A stretch of DNA of 64,000 bases from Oscillospiraceae bacterium. Lineage in GTDB: Bacteria; Bacillota; Clostridia; Oscillospirales; Acutalibacteraceae. This document shows, in pieces, positions 29,427 through 40,146 of this stretch. Every line of letters begins with the position of its first letter. Position 1 is the first letter of the stretch. The stretch lies in contig JAFLUM010000002.1 in NCBI GenBank assembly GCA_022508805.1, positions 115,394-179,393 on the forward strand. Direction: 5' to 3'. Below the pieces are notes generated by a model that saw only the letters and a list, made by a program, of their open reading frames with translations, had not been told where the DNA came from and searched no databases. The position numbers were made by a program, and so were the translations under genes.

Positions 29427-30590
29427 ATGTATAACATTTTAACTTTAAATAAAATTTCAGCCGTAGGACTTGAAAATTTCAGCGACGGTTATAACTGCGG
29501 TGCTGATATTGCATCACCCGATGCAATACTTGTCCGCTCTGCTTCAATGCACGAAACGGAGCTAAATAAAAAAACTCTCGCTATTGCAAGAGCCGGTGCC
29601 GGAGTCAACAATATTCCGATAGAGAAATGCATTGAAGAAGGCGTTGTAGTTTTTAACACTCCCGGCGCTAACGCAAACGCTGTTAAGGAGCTTGTAATTG
29701 CAGGACTTTTGCTGACATCAAGAAAGATAGTCCCTGCAATAGACTGGGCAAAAACTCTTAAAGGAAACGGCGATACCGTTCCCAAGGACGTTGAAAAGGG
29801 AAAAAGTGCCTTTGCAGGACCTGAAATCTTCGGTAAGACTCTCGGTGTTGTGGGACTTGGCGCAATAGGCATTCTTGTTGCAAATGCTGCTTTTTCACTT
29901 GGTATGAAGGTTATAGGCTTTGATCCGTTCCTTTCCGAAAACGGGAAGGCAAGCCTTGATTCCCACGTCAGCGTTACCGCAGATATAAATGATATTTACG
30001 CAAAATCCGATTATATTACCCTCCACCTCCCCCTTAATGAGTCAACGAGAGATCTTATAAACAAAGAGACCCTTGCAGTTATGAAGGATAATGTAAGAAT
30101 TCTCAATTTTGCCCGCGGTGAGCTGGTCAATACCGAGGATATTATTGATGCTCTTGAAAACGGTAAGGTATCCGCTTATATCACCGATTTTCCCAATGAT
30201 ACGCTCATAGGCGCTGCAGGAGTAATAGCTGTACCCCACTTAGGGGCGTCTACTCCCGAATCGGAGGACAACTGTGCAATAATGGCTGTAAATCAGATAA
30301 AGGATTTTCTCGAAAACGGCAATATTAAAAATTCGGTCAATCTTCCCGATGTATCCGTTGCGAGGACCGGTAAGCACAGAATGACGATAATACATAAAAA
30401 TGTTGCGGGAGTTGTGAGTCCAATCACAACTACCCTTGCAAAAGAAAATGTGAATATCGACAATATGGTAAGCAAATCTAAGGGCGAATACTCCTATACT
30501 ATGATCGATACAGATACGGATGTATCAGCCGAGGCTGTTGCCGCCGTTACCGAAATTGACGGAGTTATCCGTGTAAGAGTGATTAAATAA
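29427..30590 (+). CDS. serA: D-3-phosphoglycerate dehydrogenase
   Basis: A 2-hydroxyacid dehydrogenase NAD fold (GVVGLGAIG) with a C-terminal ACT-like domain. It directly follows serC. Confidence 0.92.
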   Translation: MYNILTLNKISAVGLENFSDGYNCGADIASPDAILVRSASMHETELNKKTLAIARAGAGVNNIPIEKCIEEGVVVFNTPGANANAVKELVIAGLLLTSRKIVPAIDWAKTLKGNGDTVPKDVEKGKSAFAGPEIFGKTLGVVGLGAIGILVANAAFSLGMKVIGFDPFLSENGKASLDSHVSVTADINDIYAKSDYITLHLPLNESTRDLINKETLAVMKDNVRILNFARGELVNTEDIIDALENGKVSAYITDFPNDTLIGAAGVIAVPHLGASTPESEDNCAIMAVNQIKDFLENGNIKNSVNLPDVSVARTGKHRMTIIHKNVAGVVSPITTTLAKENVNIDNMVSKSKGEYSYTMIDTDTDVSAEAVAAVTEIDGVIRVRVIK

Positions 30591-30603
30591 TTCTTGTTAA
30601 AGC

Positions 30604-30641
30604 AAAAAACTGCCCGACTGAATTGTCGGGCAGTTTTTTTG
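30604..30641. terminator. bidirectional intrinsic terminator
   Basis: AAAAAA-CTGCCCGAC-tgaatt-GTCGGGCAG-TTTTTTT. Confidence 0.9.
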
Positions 30642-31049
30642 CTATTTATTCTCTTTGAAAAAAGCTACAGCATGTATATCAGTTGCATTCACAAAACCGA
30701 GGGATCGATAAAACGCTTTATTTTTTTCATTATTATCAGTTAGTAAAGTCATTTGATATGTATTTTTATACCGCTCCATTACCTCTCTCATAAGGCTTGT
30801 GCCGATTCCCTTGCGCTGATGGCTCGGCATCACCAGCATATCCTGTACATAAATAACAGACCATTCGTCACCGACAACGCGAACGACACCTACTAACTTG
30901 TCATTATCATAAGCGCCCAAAACCAAAAGTGAATTTCTAAAGGCATTTTCCAACATTGTAGGTTTTGAGGTATAATTTGTCCAACCTACGCTTTCATATA
31001 ACAACAAAATTTCGTTTAAATCAAATTCTGTATATTCTTTTATGAGCAT
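30642..31049 (-). CDS. GNAT family N-acetyltransferase
   Basis: Acetyl-CoA binding motif HQRKGIGTSLM in a 135-aa protein. Confidence 0.85.
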   Translation of the reverse strand: MLIKEYTEFDLNEILLLYESVGWTNYTSKPTMLENAFRNSLLVLGAYDNDKLVGVVRVVGDEWSVIYVQDMLVMPSHQRKGIGTSLMREVMERYKNTYQMTLLTDNNEKNKAFYRSLGFVNATDIHAVAFFKENK

Positions 31050-31071
31050 TATTAAGATATTCTCCTAAAAA

Positions 31072-31935
31072 TCAGTTCTTCTCCTGCGGGGCGACGATCG
31101 GAATTATTTCCGAGTAGTTACGCTTTATATCTAAGCGGTCGTAAAACCTTTTTATTCTCAACATCACGCTGAATTCGCGGTCACATTCCGGGCAGAAAAA
31201 CACTCCCCTGAATGACTGATTTACAAATTTCCATTTTTTTACAGTTTTAACGTCACCGCCGCAGATTTCGCATCGGCAGTTAAAAATCCTTTTATCAACG
31301 ATAGGGTCGTTGATACTTGAGACTGTATAAGGATGAAATGCCAGTCGGGCATAAAAATCTTTATCGCATATTTTTATAAAATCTTGCAGCTTTTCGCTGT
31401 CAAATACTTTTTTAAAGCACTCGGCGCTTAAAACACTGTCGTCAAGCGCACGGTGGTGGGGATATTTTTCGGGGTCGATTTCAAGGCAACCTGCAGCGTA
31501 GGAGAGTCCCGCCTGCTGGACGTTTTCCATATTGATAAAGCACTGGCAGTATTTTTGCAAATCGGCGTACTTCTTTATGAAATCAAGGCTGTCCTTCTGA
31601 AGAAAACTTTTATAATTTGACAAAAGGGTTCTTATGTCCGTATCACCCCAAGTAAGGAAAAGGCAGTCATCCCCTGCCCATTTTTCAAAATCGCTCATAA
31701 CAGTAGAAAAGGATTTTCCCGAGGACACCTCCTCATTGGTGATATGGGTAAGATTTTTAATGCGCGAACGAAGCTTGCGTGAAAGGACGGGATGAATAAG
31801 CTCGGAATATGTCGAAACCGTATTCAGATTTTCGTCCAGCTTTACCGCGCCGATTTCAATAATTTCATTTACAAATTTTTGAGCGGATTTCATATAAGCG
31901 TTGTTCCACTCAAGATCCATAACAATATAATACAT
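31072..31935 (-). CDS. DEDDh 3'-5' exonuclease (KapD/ERI-1-like) with C-terminal zinc ribbon
   Basis: Exo I motif MDLEWN, Exo III motif HHRALDDS, and a C-terminal CRCEICGG...CPECD. Confidence 0.8.
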   Translation of the reverse strand: MYYIVMDLEWNNAYMKSAQKFVNEIIEIGAVKLDENLNTVSTYSELIHPVLSRKLRSRIKNLTHITNEEVSSGKSFSTVMSDFEKWAGDDCLFLTWGDTDIRTLLSNYKSFLQKDSLDFIKKYADLQKYCQCFINMENVQQAGLSYAAGCLEIDPEKYPHHRALDDSVLSAECFKKVFDSEKLQDFIKICDKDFYARLAFHPYTVSSINDPIVDKRIFNCRCEICGGDVKTVKKWKFVNQSFRGVFFCPECDREFSVMLRIKRFYDRLDIKRNYSEIIPIVAPQEKN

Positions 31936-31953
31936 AAAGCACCTGAAAAACTG

Positions 31954-32439
31954 TTAATATTTAATTTGATATTTTGTAAGACGTATACCCTCGCCTGTAA
32001 GTCGGCTTTTTATCTTTTCGCGGTCAACAAGCGGATGGACAAAATCAATGTCAATAAGCGGTCGTAAGACAAATTCACGTTCAAACATTCGCGGATGGGG
32101 CAGGTTCAGCATTGACGTGTCACATATTTGAGTGTCATACAAAAGCAGGTCAATATCAATTACTCTGGGTCCGTTTTTAAAGGTTCGTACACGCCCAAGA
32201 CCCGCTTCTATCCCAAGGCAAGCGCCGAGAAGCCCTTCGGCAGTTAAATCCGTTGAAACCTCGACTGCAATATTAAGAAAATTTTCCTGATCACTGTAGC
32301 CGACAGGGTCAGTCTCATACACACGCGATACGGCATTGACTTTTGTTGTCGGCAGCAAATTCAGCGAATCCACGGCGCTTTGAAGATTGCCAAATCGGTC
32401 GCCCATATTCGTTCCGATACCGAGATAAGCCTTTTTCAT
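31954..32439 (-). CDS. folK: 2-amino-4-hydroxy-6-hydroxymethyldihydropterin pyrophosphokinase
   Basis: HPPK pattern YLGIGTNMGDR...YETDPVG...IDIDLL...LPHPRM. Confidence 0.92.
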   Translation of the reverse strand: MKKAYLGIGTNMGDRFGNLQSAVDSLNLLPTTKVNAVSRVYETDPVGYSDQENFLNIAVEVSTDLTAEGLLGACLGIEAGLGRVRTFKNGPRVIDIDLLLYDTQICDTSMLNLPHPRMFEREFVLRPLIDIDFVHPLVDREKIKSRLTGEGIRLTKYQIKY

Positions 32440-32798
32440 TGTCTGCTCCTCTCGATCTCTACCGCAACATAATCAAATTTTGCTTTAATGGGCGCGTTCG
32501 GTTTTTTTAAGATGATCTTCAATGCGGATATCATATCAAACTCCTCAAAAAGGGCATCGGCAACACGCTGACATACCCGTTCAAGGAGATCGTTTTTCTC
32601 GCTTTGTGCGACACGCCGAACGGTTTTTATGATTTTCGCATAGCTGACGGTGTCATCTACATTATCCGTTTTACAGGGTACTGCAAGTGACAAAAAAGCC
32701 TCAATATCAAATACAAAGATCTGACCGTCACGTTTTTCTTCCGGATTTACGCCGTGATAACAGAACAGTTCAAGATCTTTCACAATAATTTTATCCAT
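32436..32798 (-). CDS. folB: dihydroneopterin aldolase
   Basis: A 120-aa protein with a FolB-like pattern (L.F.CYHGV.PEE...GQ.F..D). It has a 4-nt overlap with folK. Confidence 0.9.
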   Translation of the reverse strand: MDKIIVKDLELFCYHGVNPEEKRDGQIFVFDIEAFLSLAVPCKTDNVDDTVSYAKIIKTVRRVAQSEKNDLLERVCQRVADALFEEFDMISALKIILKKPNAPIKAKFDYVAVEIERSRQ

Positions 32799-32800
32799 AA

Positions 32801-33628
32801 TTACCCTCTTAGTAAGATGTCTGCCATTTTAGCGGCAAGCACGCTTTCCTTTACGTTATGCACTCTTATCATATCCGTTCCGCCCGCTATGGCAACCGTA
32901 TCCGCTGCGATGGTGCCGAAAACTCTGTCATAGCCCTCCGCTCCCGTTGCTGTGCCGATAACACGCTTTGCGGAAAGCGACGTGAGAAGCGCCACACCGT
33001 CACGTTTAAATACACTAATATTTTTAATAAGCTCTAAATTATCTTCATATGTTTTGCCGAAGCCTATGCCCATATCAAGCATAACGTTTTCGCGTTTGAT
33101 TCCGAAATCATCACATTTTTTAAGCATTGTATCAAAGAAATCTGCCACGTCGGCAGTAACGCCGTTTATATATGTAGGAATTCTATCCGCTGTTCCGCCG
33201 CCTGTGTGCATAACGACCCATCCGCAGTCATAATCGCGTACAATGCGTGCCATATCCTTGTTAAAAGTGCCGCTTACATCGTTTATGACGGAAGCACCGT
33301 TATTCAGCGCATATTCGGCAACCTTAGGAAAAAAAGTATCAACGGAAATAACCGCACCAGTCTCATTTGCAATAAGCGGCAGATACTTTTTTAATATTTT
33401 GAGTTCCTCGTCATCTGAAAGCAGTGAATGTCCCGGACGCGTGGACTGAGCGCCTATATCGATAATGTCTGCACCGTCGTGAAGCATTTGGCGAGCATGC
33501 TCGACCGCCAAATTCGGGGAGTTATACATACCGCCGTCGAAAAAGGAGTCAGGAGTGACGTTGAGTATTCCCATTATATAGGTGCGCTTGCCCAGTTCAA
33601 AGCTAAAGTTTTTACCCTGAAACTTCAT
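32801..33628 (-). CDS. folP: dihydropteroate synthase
   Basis: Pterin-binding motifs GILNVTPDSFFDGG, DIGAQSTRPG and INDVSG. Confidence 0.95.
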   Translation of the reverse strand: MKFQGKNFSFELGKRTYIMGILNVTPDSFFDGGMYNSPNLAVEHARQMLHDGADIIDIGAQSTRPGHSLLSDDEELKILKKYLPLIANETGAVISVDTFFPKVAEYALNNGASVINDVSGTFNKDMARIVRDYDCGWVVMHTGGGTADRIPTYINGVTADVADFFDTMLKKCDDFGIKRENVMLDMGIGFGKTYEDNLELIKNISVFKRDGVALLTSLSAKRVIGTATGAEGYDRVFGTIAADTVAIAGGTDMIRVHNVKESVLAAKMADILLRG

Positions 33629-33629
33629 T

Positions 33630-34202
33630 TTAACTTATACCCAAAAGCGAAAGAACCTCGGATTTTGTCTCAGGATTATTTTTCACACTTCCTCTGAGAG
33701 TGAAAGTTTGAGTTTTTGAGCCCATAGCCTTTATCCCTCGCATAGTCATACAAAGGTGCTCTGCCTCGATAACGACCGCAACGCCGCAAGGCTTCATCTC
33801 ATTTTCAATAAAATCGGCAATTTGCGCGGTCAAACGCTCCTGTAGCTGAGGGCGTTTTGCAAAGGAGTTCACTATACGCGCAAGCTTGGACAGTCCGATC
33901 ACCTGTCCGTCATCATTCGGTATGTATGCGATATGTGCAACGCCTACAAAAGGAAGGAAATGATGCTCACACATTGAATGCATGGGAATATTGCGTACAA
34001 CCACGATTTCGCCCTTTTGTCCTTCGTTAAACATTTTAAGATGCTGTTTCGGGTCGTCAGTAAGTCCAGAAAAAAGCTCTTCGTACATATTGGCAACACG
34101 GGTCGGTGTTTCGCGAAGGCCCTCTCTGTCGGGATCCTCGCCTATTGCAAGCAGTATCTCGCGAAAAGCATTTTCAATTCTTTGCTTATCCAAAATTATC
34201 AT
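33630..34202 (-). CDS. folE: GTP cyclohydrolase I
   Basis: FolE core [10 protein letters not shown] and [10 protein letters not shown] set the start to ATG 34202, which forms an ATGA overlap with the upstream stop; the track ORF runs to 34220. Confidence 0.93.
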   Translation of the reverse strand: MIILDKQRIENAFREILLAIGEDPDREGLRETPTRVANMYEELFSGLTDDPKQHLKMFNEGQKGEIVVVRNIPMHSMCEHHFLPFVGVAHIAYIPNDDGQVIGLSKLARIVNSFAKRPQLQERLTAQIADFIENEMKPCGVAVVIEAEHLCMTMRGIKAMGSKTQTFTLRGSVKNNPETKSEVLSLLGIS

Positions 34203-35407
34203 CCTTTGAAAACTATACAAATATAGTTTAATTCATCATTGAAGAAATATTCAAACGTGTCAGTCTTAATGTTTTTATTGCTTTTAGCGGCAACTTTTGC
34301 GATGAAATCAAAAAAGCTCTTGTCGTTCTCCATTATTGAAAACGCACGTTTATAATCACCATCATTTTCAAAACGAAGCTCAGCGTAGAGTTCACCCTTT
34401 GAAACCCTATCTGCACAAATGTCCGTCAGTGCATCAAAGCCGGAAAATGAGGTTAAATACGTATCGTTCACCGTAAAATAATTTGCATCGTACCATACGC
34501 AGCTGTTGTTCCTCGGTGAAAGATCTGTGTGGTTTTTTGTAATGTCACTATCGGTAACATTAAAATACAAGTGGCTTATCCCGCTGCTTGAATCGCCGTC
34601 ATCCCAAGTGGCATCAAGGTGATATTCTTTGCCGTCTATAATGACCACATTCCACATATGCGGCTCACTCTTGCCGTCTGACACACCTTTTCCGATAATG
34701 AGGTAATTCTTTATACCCACACGGTCAAGGAGCATCTGCATAGCTCTGGAATAGCCCTCGCAAATAGCTTTGCCATCTAAAAGTGAACTATATGCGGTCG
34801 AGCCCACAGTATCAAGTGTGGATATATCATAAACTGTATTCTCACAAACATAATCATGAAAGAACAGCTCTTTTTCGTAATCGCTGTTATAGTTTGCCTT
34901 AGCTACTATTTCATCAATTTTTGCATTAAGACGTTTTGTTATGGCTTCCGATTCAGCTTTTGTATTGCGATACATGGGAGTGAATTGAACAGAGCTTGAG
35001 TAATCAACATACTGAAAATCTAATCTGAGCCAAAATATATCAGGATTATCGTAAAGTATCGCTATATATATATCTAACAGTTCATTTGCCGAAATTGATA
35101 AGCTACAGGATTTGTCGAAGTTTACAACGGTCTTGTAAATTTCCCTATACGCATTCTTCTGCTGTTCATTAAGATGATTGTAATAGTAAAAAGTTCCATA
35201 TTTAAGTTTTTCTTCAAAATCATCAGGCGTGTTTATATTATCAATCGGCTCTGACGTTGACACATTTTCAACATCATCGGATGTGTTTGTATTAAAACCC
35301 GGATCAAAAGCAGGTGCACTTGCAAAGTCATCAAAGTCAGAATAGCTTATAACAAATATCGCTAAAAAAACAGTGATGCACAGCAAAACAGCAATTGGTT
35401 TTTTCAT
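34199..35407 (-). CDS. secreted/anchored transglutaminase-like cysteine protease domain protein
   Basis: Signal anchor plus a Cys-His-Asp core ([13 protein letters not shown] ... EPHMWNVV ... HLDATWDD). AGGAGG RBS. Confidence 0.8.
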   Translation of the reverse strand: MKKPIAVLLCITVFLAIFVISYSDFDDFASAPAFDPGFNTNTSDDVENVSTSEPIDNINTPDDFEEKLKYGTFYYYNHLNEQQKNAYREIYKTVVNFDKSCSLSISANELLDIYIAILYDNPDIFWLRLDFQYVDYSSSVQFTPMYRNTKAESEAITKRLNAKIDEIVAKANYNSDYEKELFFHDYVCENTVYDISTLDTVGSTAYSSLLDGKAICEGYSRAMQMLLDRVGIKNYLIIGKGVSDGKSEPHMWNVVIIDGKEYHLDATWDDGDSSSGISHLYFNVTDSDITKNHTDLSPRNNSCVWYDANYFTVNDTYLTSFSGFDALTDICADRVSKGELYAELRFENDGDYKRAFSIMENDKSFFDFIAKVAAKSNKNIKTDTFEYFFNDELNYICIVFKG

Positions 35408-35416
35408 AATAACCTC

Positions 35417-36253
35417 CTATTTATATATCTCGGGTAAAAATTTATCATCTGCTTTTGAATAAACTAAAAGTTTTTCAATTTCCTCCGAATAGTCGATTAT
35501 AGATATATCCGTTTTACAGGAATTGACAAACGCTTTAAAAAGCTCACCCGAATTCTCGGTATATTCGGGCAAAAGCACGGAATTGATGATATCGCATATG
35601 ATCGACTCACGCACTGTGTTATCGCTTATAAGCATATACTTAAAGACATAATCATCCGACAGCGTTTGATACCCTAAGTCCAACTCAAGATTAAAATCCG
35701 CAGAACGGTAATCCACATTGTCCAAAACATTCACGCTTATTCCGTCAAAAAGCGACAAAATTTCTTTGAATTGCGCCTCTGAACATAAAACATATTTTTC
35801 CGCTTGAATTTCAAGATTTTCGGAAAATGCTTTTTTCAGTCCGTCAACGGAATCGGAAGAATATATTTTGCCGTAATCAGACTGTACGCCGTTATATTCT
35901 GCGACAACCGATTTGTCAACACATTTCACACCCATTGTTTTACCGTCGTAGTCGGTGGAGACCGTGAAGGCAAAATCGAGGTTGTTATATAAGTCAACGC
36001 AAATGAACAGAACAGTTGATTTTCCGTTAAGAGATTCAACCGAATACAAATTTGTCATTGGCTCGGTTTCGGTCAGAGAACTGTCGGAGGTCGATTTATT
36101 AACCAAATTATCAATATCAAAGTCAAGCGACCGCATAAATGTAAAGGCGGAAAAACCAGCCAAAATTACAAGAAATAAAGCAAATGCAATTATAAAATAT
36201 TTTAAAAAGCTGTTACGCTTTTTTTGCTTTTTAAAAATATTGTTTTTTCTCAT
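35417..36253 (-). CDS. membrane-anchored hypothetical protein (possibly a degenerate LytR-CpsA-Psr-like fold)
   Basis: A basic N-terminus plus one TM. The segment VLFICVD...FAFTVSTD faintly recalls LCP domains, but function is not supported beyond that. Confidence 0.65.
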   Translation of the reverse strand: MRKNNIFKKQKKRNSFLKYFIIAFALFLVILAGFSAFTFMRSLDFDIDNLVNKSTSDSSLTETEPMTNLYSVESLNGKSTVLFICVDLYNNLDFAFTVSTDYDGKTMGVKCVDKSVVAEYNGVQSDYGKIYSSDSVDGLKKAFSENLEIQAEKYVLCSEAQFKEILSLFDGISVNVLDNVDYRSADFNLELDLGYQTLSDDYVFKYMLISDNTVRESIICDIINSVLLPEYTENSGELFKAFVNSCKTDISIIDYSEEIEKLLVYSKADDKFLPEIYK

Positions 36254-36338
36254 ATCAACACCGTATCACATACCTTACTTACATATACCACTTTAGTATA
36301 ACACAAATCTCAACTATAAACAATACAAATAACCTTAA

Positions 36339-36370
36339 AATTAAAAAAGAGTTCCTTAAAAAGGAACTCA
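36339..36370 (-). terminator. intrinsic terminator after glycosyl-phosphotransferase gene
   Basis: The minus strand reads GAGTTCCTT-ttt-AAGGAACTC followed by TTTTTTAATTTT. Confidence 0.85.
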
Positions 36371-36378
36371 AAGTGCAG

Positions 36379-37758
36379 TTAATTATCATACTCTTCTGTA
36401 AAATGATATTTATTGGATTTTTTTGAAAATGCCTCCGTACTGTCTCCGGCTTTTAAAAGCACCGTAACAGTCTGTAAAATCAGCTTAATATCAAGCCAAA
36501 TACTGTATTTTTCAATATATATAAGATCAAGCACAAGCTTGTCCTTAGGCGAAGTGTTATATTTACCAGCTATCTGCGCATATCCCGTAAGTCCGCCTTT
36601 TACCCGAAGTCTGTAGGAAAACTCCGGCAGCTCCTCGGTGTATTTATCTACATTTTCGATCATTTCGGGACGCGGACCGACAATGCTCATTTCGCCCTTG
36701 AGAATATTGAAAATTTGCGGAAGCTCGTCAAGCCGAAATTTACGCAAATATTTTCCTACCTTTGTTATTCTGTCGTCTCCTGAGGTAACGGAACGGTTGA
36801 CACAATTATCCTCTTTCATTGTGCGGAATTTATACACTTTGAAGAGCTTGCCGCCCTTTGTAGCTCTTGTCTGGCGGAAAAATATGTGTCCGCCATCCTC
36901 CAGCTTAATAGCGGCTGAAACAATAAGCATAAAAGGTCCTGCGATAATAAGCGCAATCAGAGACAGAACTATATCCATAGTTCTTTTCATAAATCTCTGT
37001 TCAAGCGTAAGGTCGTGCACTACGGCAGAAACCAACGGTTTGTCATCAAGTACGACACTTTTTGAAGCGAGCATCACAATGTCGTTCATTTCAAAATTAT
37101 AGTAAATATTTTTGTCATTTGCAAAACAATACTCGCTTAAATATACTTTTTCCTGCACGGGAACATCGTAAAGAAAAATAGTGTCGCATTTGCCTATAAT
37201 GTCAAAAACGTTTTTTGATGTATAATGCACCATATCCGTAATTTTATATTGCTTTTTATAGCGCTTTATCTTGGGAACGATATTGTTAAGCGATTGCTCG
37301 GAGCTTGTTATTATGCAGCATTTTTCAGGCGCATTTATGGTGAAAAAAACGTAATTGCCGAAATACGTAAATAAAATAATAAGGGCAATTTGAATAAGCA
37401 TTACCAAAATCAGCAAATGCGGCGATTCATAGACAAAATGCGAATTGTTATTTTCATTTACGTTCATTATGCACAACTGAAAATGAGTTACAAGGTCAGT
37501 AAGGATCGTTGCCAAAGATATGGATATAACGATCGGCTTGCTTTTGAGCCTGCCGATAAGATAGCCGCCGTAAACGGAAAGCAGTGCTGTTTCAAGCACA
37601 CAAAATGTAACAAAAGTAACACCGGCTGTACGCGATGGATGAAGTATCCATTCATACTTGGTACCGAAAATTAAGAAGAAAGAGCCTGCCAAAGACACGT
37701 ATAGCGTAGCTTTTAATATGAAAACGACAGTTTTCTGAAATTTAGCTAAAATATTCAT
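36379..37758 (-). CDS. polyprenyl-phosphate sugar phosphotransferase (WbaP/EpsL-type bacterial sugar transferase)
   Basis: N-terminal TM bundle and a C-terminal catalytic domain (DELPQ..N.L.G.MS.VGPRP, GLTGYAQI). I set the start to ATG 37758, 4 nt after GGAGGT; the track ORF runs to 37788. Confidence 0.88.
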   Translation of the reverse strand: MNILAKFQKTVVFILKATLYVSLAGSFFLIFGTKYEWILHPSRTAGVTFVTFCVLETALLSVYGGYLIGRLKSKPIVISISLATILTDLVTHFQLCIMNVNENNNSHFVYESPHLLILVMLIQIALIILFTYFGNYVFFTINAPEKCCIITSSEQSLNNIVPKIKRYKKQYKITDMVHYTSKNVFDIIGKCDTIFLYDVPVQEKVYLSEYCFANDKNIYYNFEMNDIVMLASKSVVLDDKPLVSAVVHDLTLEQRFMKRTMDIVLSLIALIIAGPFMLIVSAAIKLEDGGHIFFRQTRATKGGKLFKVYKFRTMKEDNCVNRSVTSGDDRITKVGKYLRKFRLDELPQIFNILKGEMSIVGPRPEMIENVDKYTEELPEFSYRLRVKGGLTGYAQIAGKYNTSPKDKLVLDLIYIEKYSIWLDIKLILQTVTVLLKAGDSTEAFSKKSNKYHFTEEYDN

Positions 37759-37861
37759 AAATACCTCCGAAAAGAAGTACCGTTTCAAAACTTATCTTTC
37801 GGTTATTGTACTTTAAGCTGCTTACTTTGTCAATAATTTACAAATAAATGTAATCAATGTG

Positions 37862-38761
37862 TCATTTTTTAGTTTCTTTTAATTTTAATATGGTCTTTAA
37901 ATCAAGTTGTGACAAAATTATACCTATAAAAATAAGCGCACATCCGAGATAACCTCTTCTGCTCATAAACTCATGAAGAATTATTGCTCCGCCTATTGCA
38001 CCGAAAACAGATTCGGTTGAAAAAACTACGGCAGCAAATGTCGGATCTGCATTTTTTTGCGCAAGAATTTGGCAGGTATAGGCAATGCCCACAGACATTA
38101 AGCCTCCGTAAAGTATGGGTATTCCCGCACTTCCTATTGCAGAAAGCTGTATATCCTCGGTAAGCAGTGCAAAAATCATACTGAGTATTCCGCAGAAAAA
38201 GAACTGCATCATACTGAATTTTAAGGGACTTACGGAATTTACGAATTTATCTACCACAAGGATATGTAATGCCCAAAATACCGCACCGAGAATCAGTAAA
38301 ACGTCGCCCTTACCGAAAGCGATCCTATTCCCTGTCATGCACAGTAAAAAAAGTCCAAGGAGAGCAAACGCTGCGCCGACAAAGGAAAGAACACTTGACC
38401 GTTTACCCATCATAAAGCGCATAACGGGTACAAAAATAGTATAAAGTCCCGTTAAAAAAGCCGCCTTACCTACGCTGCCTGTTATTTCGATTCCGAACTG
38501 CTGAAGCGATGCTCCGATAAACAAAATAACGCCGGCAGCAAAACCTACAAATAAGGTTTTCAAAAACTTCTCTTTATTAAATTTTTCTTTTTTAAATATC
38601 AAAATAACAGGGATAAGAGAACAAGCGCCCAGTAAAAACCTAATTCCGTTAAAGGTAAACGGACCGACATAATCAGCGCCGACACGCTGAGCAACAACTG
38701 CAAATCCCCATATTATCGCCGTGAGAAATAGGAGAATAGTGGATTTTATTCTTGCTTTCAT
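37862..38761 (-). CDS. DMT superfamily (EamA-type) transporter
   Basis: A 10-TM, 299-aa protein with duplicated EamA halves. Confidence 0.88.
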   Translation of the reverse strand: MKARIKSTILLFLTAIIWGFAVVAQRVGADYVGPFTFNGIRFLLGACSLIPVILIFKKEKFNKEKFLKTLFVGFAAGVILFIGASLQQFGIEITGSVGKAAFLTGLYTIFVPVMRFMMGKRSSVLSFVGAAFALLGLFLLCMTGNRIAFGKGDVLLILGAVFWALHILVVDKFVNSVSPLKFSMMQFFFCGILSMIFALLTEDIQLSAIGSAGIPILYGGLMSVGIAYTCQILAQKNADPTFAAVVFSTESVFGAIGGAIILHEFMSRRGYLGCALIFIGIILSQLDLKTILKLKETKK

Positions 38762-38775
38762 TGTTACACCTTAAT

Positions 38776-38808
38776 ATATAATGCCACGGTTATTTATCCG
38801 TGGCATTA
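38776..38808 (-). terminator. hairpin after clpX (probable terminator)
   Basis: A 10-bp stem, AATGCCACGG-8 nt-CCGTGGCATT. The downstream T-run on the minus strand is weak. Confidence 0.5.
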
Positions 38809-38814
38809 AAGTAA

Positions 38815-40128
38815 TCAAACCGTCTTTCGAGCGTTAGTTTTCGCGATTTTTTTGGTTGTGAGTATATTAGGACGTCTGTTTTCGTCGCGAATAAGCTCGG
38901 GAGCGGCTCCGTTTAAAACGCAGTCACGGGTAATTATCACTTTTGCTATCGTGTGCTCCGAAGGTGTCTCATACATAACGGGCAACAAAACGCCTTCCAT
39001 TATTCCGCGAAGTCCTCGAGCACCCGTTTTCTTTTCAAGCGTTTTTTCCGCAATGGCATCGAGTGCGTCGTCAGTAAACTCTAACTTAACATCGTCCATA
39101 TTGAATAACGCTTCAAATTGCTTTAAAAGGGCGTTTTTCGGCTCAGAAAGTATGCGTATAAGGTCCTGCTTACTGAGCTGCTGCAGAGCGGTAATGACCG
39201 GAACTCTGCCCACAAGTTCAGGAATAAGTCCGAATTTAACAAGATCCTGAGCTATGACCTTTGAGTAAATATCTTCCTCTTGGAATTCGCTCTTATTTTT
39301 TATATCCGCTCCGAAACCAAGTCCCGAATTACCTGCACGCCTTTCAACTATTTTTTCAATGCCGTCAAACGCACCGCCGCAGATAAAAAGTATATTGGAG
39401 GTATCGATCTGAATAAATTCCTGCTGGGGGTGCTTACGTCCGCCCTGGGGAGGAACGTTTGATACGGTACCCTCAAGGATCTTCAAAAGTGCCTGCTGAA
39501 CGCCCTCGCCGCTTACGTCACGGGTTATGGACGGATTTTCGCTTTTTCTTGCGATCTTGTCGATCTCGTCCACATAAATTATTCCCCGTTCAGCCTTTTC
39601 AATGTCAAAATCCGCCGCCTGAATAAGACGGAGAAGTATATTCTCAACGTCCTCGCCGACATAACCCGCCTCGGTAAGGGTCGTTGCATCTGCAATGGCA
39701 AAGGGAACATCAATGATCTTTGCAAGAGTTTGCGCTAAAACGGTTTTTCCCACGCCTGTGGGGCCGAGCAGCACAACATTGCTTTTTTGAATTTCAACGC
39801 CGCTGTCGCCACCGTGATAAATACGCTTATAATGGTTATAAACGGCAACACTCAGAGCTTTTTTAGCCTCATCCTGCCCTACTACATATTCGTCAAGCTG
39901 TTCCTTTATCTCTTGCGGTTTGGGAAGAATTTTTTCTTCCAGCTTAACTTTTTTGCCGGGAGCTCTGCGAGTACGCTCAACATCTTCGTCGATAATACCC
40001 ATACAAAGTTCAACGCACTCGTCACAGATATAGACGCCCGGACCTGCAATAAGCTTGTCGACCTGTTCCTGCGTTTTGCCGCAGAAGGAACATCTTACCG
40101 CTCTTTCTTTATCGTTTTCTCTGGCCAT
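38815..40128 (-). CDS. clpX: ATP-dependent Clp protease ATP-binding subunit ClpX
   Basis: Zinc ribbon CSFCGK..CDEC, Walker A GPTGVGKT, and an IGF-type loop region. Confidence 0.97.
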   Translation of the reverse strand: MARENDKERAVRCSFCGKTQEQVDKLIAGPGVYICDECVELCMGIIDEDVERTRRAPGKKVKLEEKILPKPQEIKEQLDEYVVGQDEAKKALSVAVYNHYKRIYHGGDSGVEIQKSNVVLLGPTGVGKTVLAQTLAKIIDVPFAIADATTLTEAGYVGEDVENILLRLIQAADFDIEKAERGIIYVDEIDKIARKSENPSITRDVSGEGVQQALLKILEGTVSNVPPQGGRKHPQQEFIQIDTSNILFICGGAFDGIEKIVERRAGNSGLGFGADIKNKSEFQEEDIYSKVIAQDLVKFGLIPELVGRVPVITALQQLSKQDLIRILSEPKNALLKQFEALFNMDDVKLEFTDDALDAIAEKTLEKKTGARGLRGIMEGVLLPVMYETPSEHTIAKVIITRDCVLNGAAPELIRDENRRPNILTTKKIAKTNARKTV

Positions 40129-40146
40129 ATATGATCTCCCTGAAGC

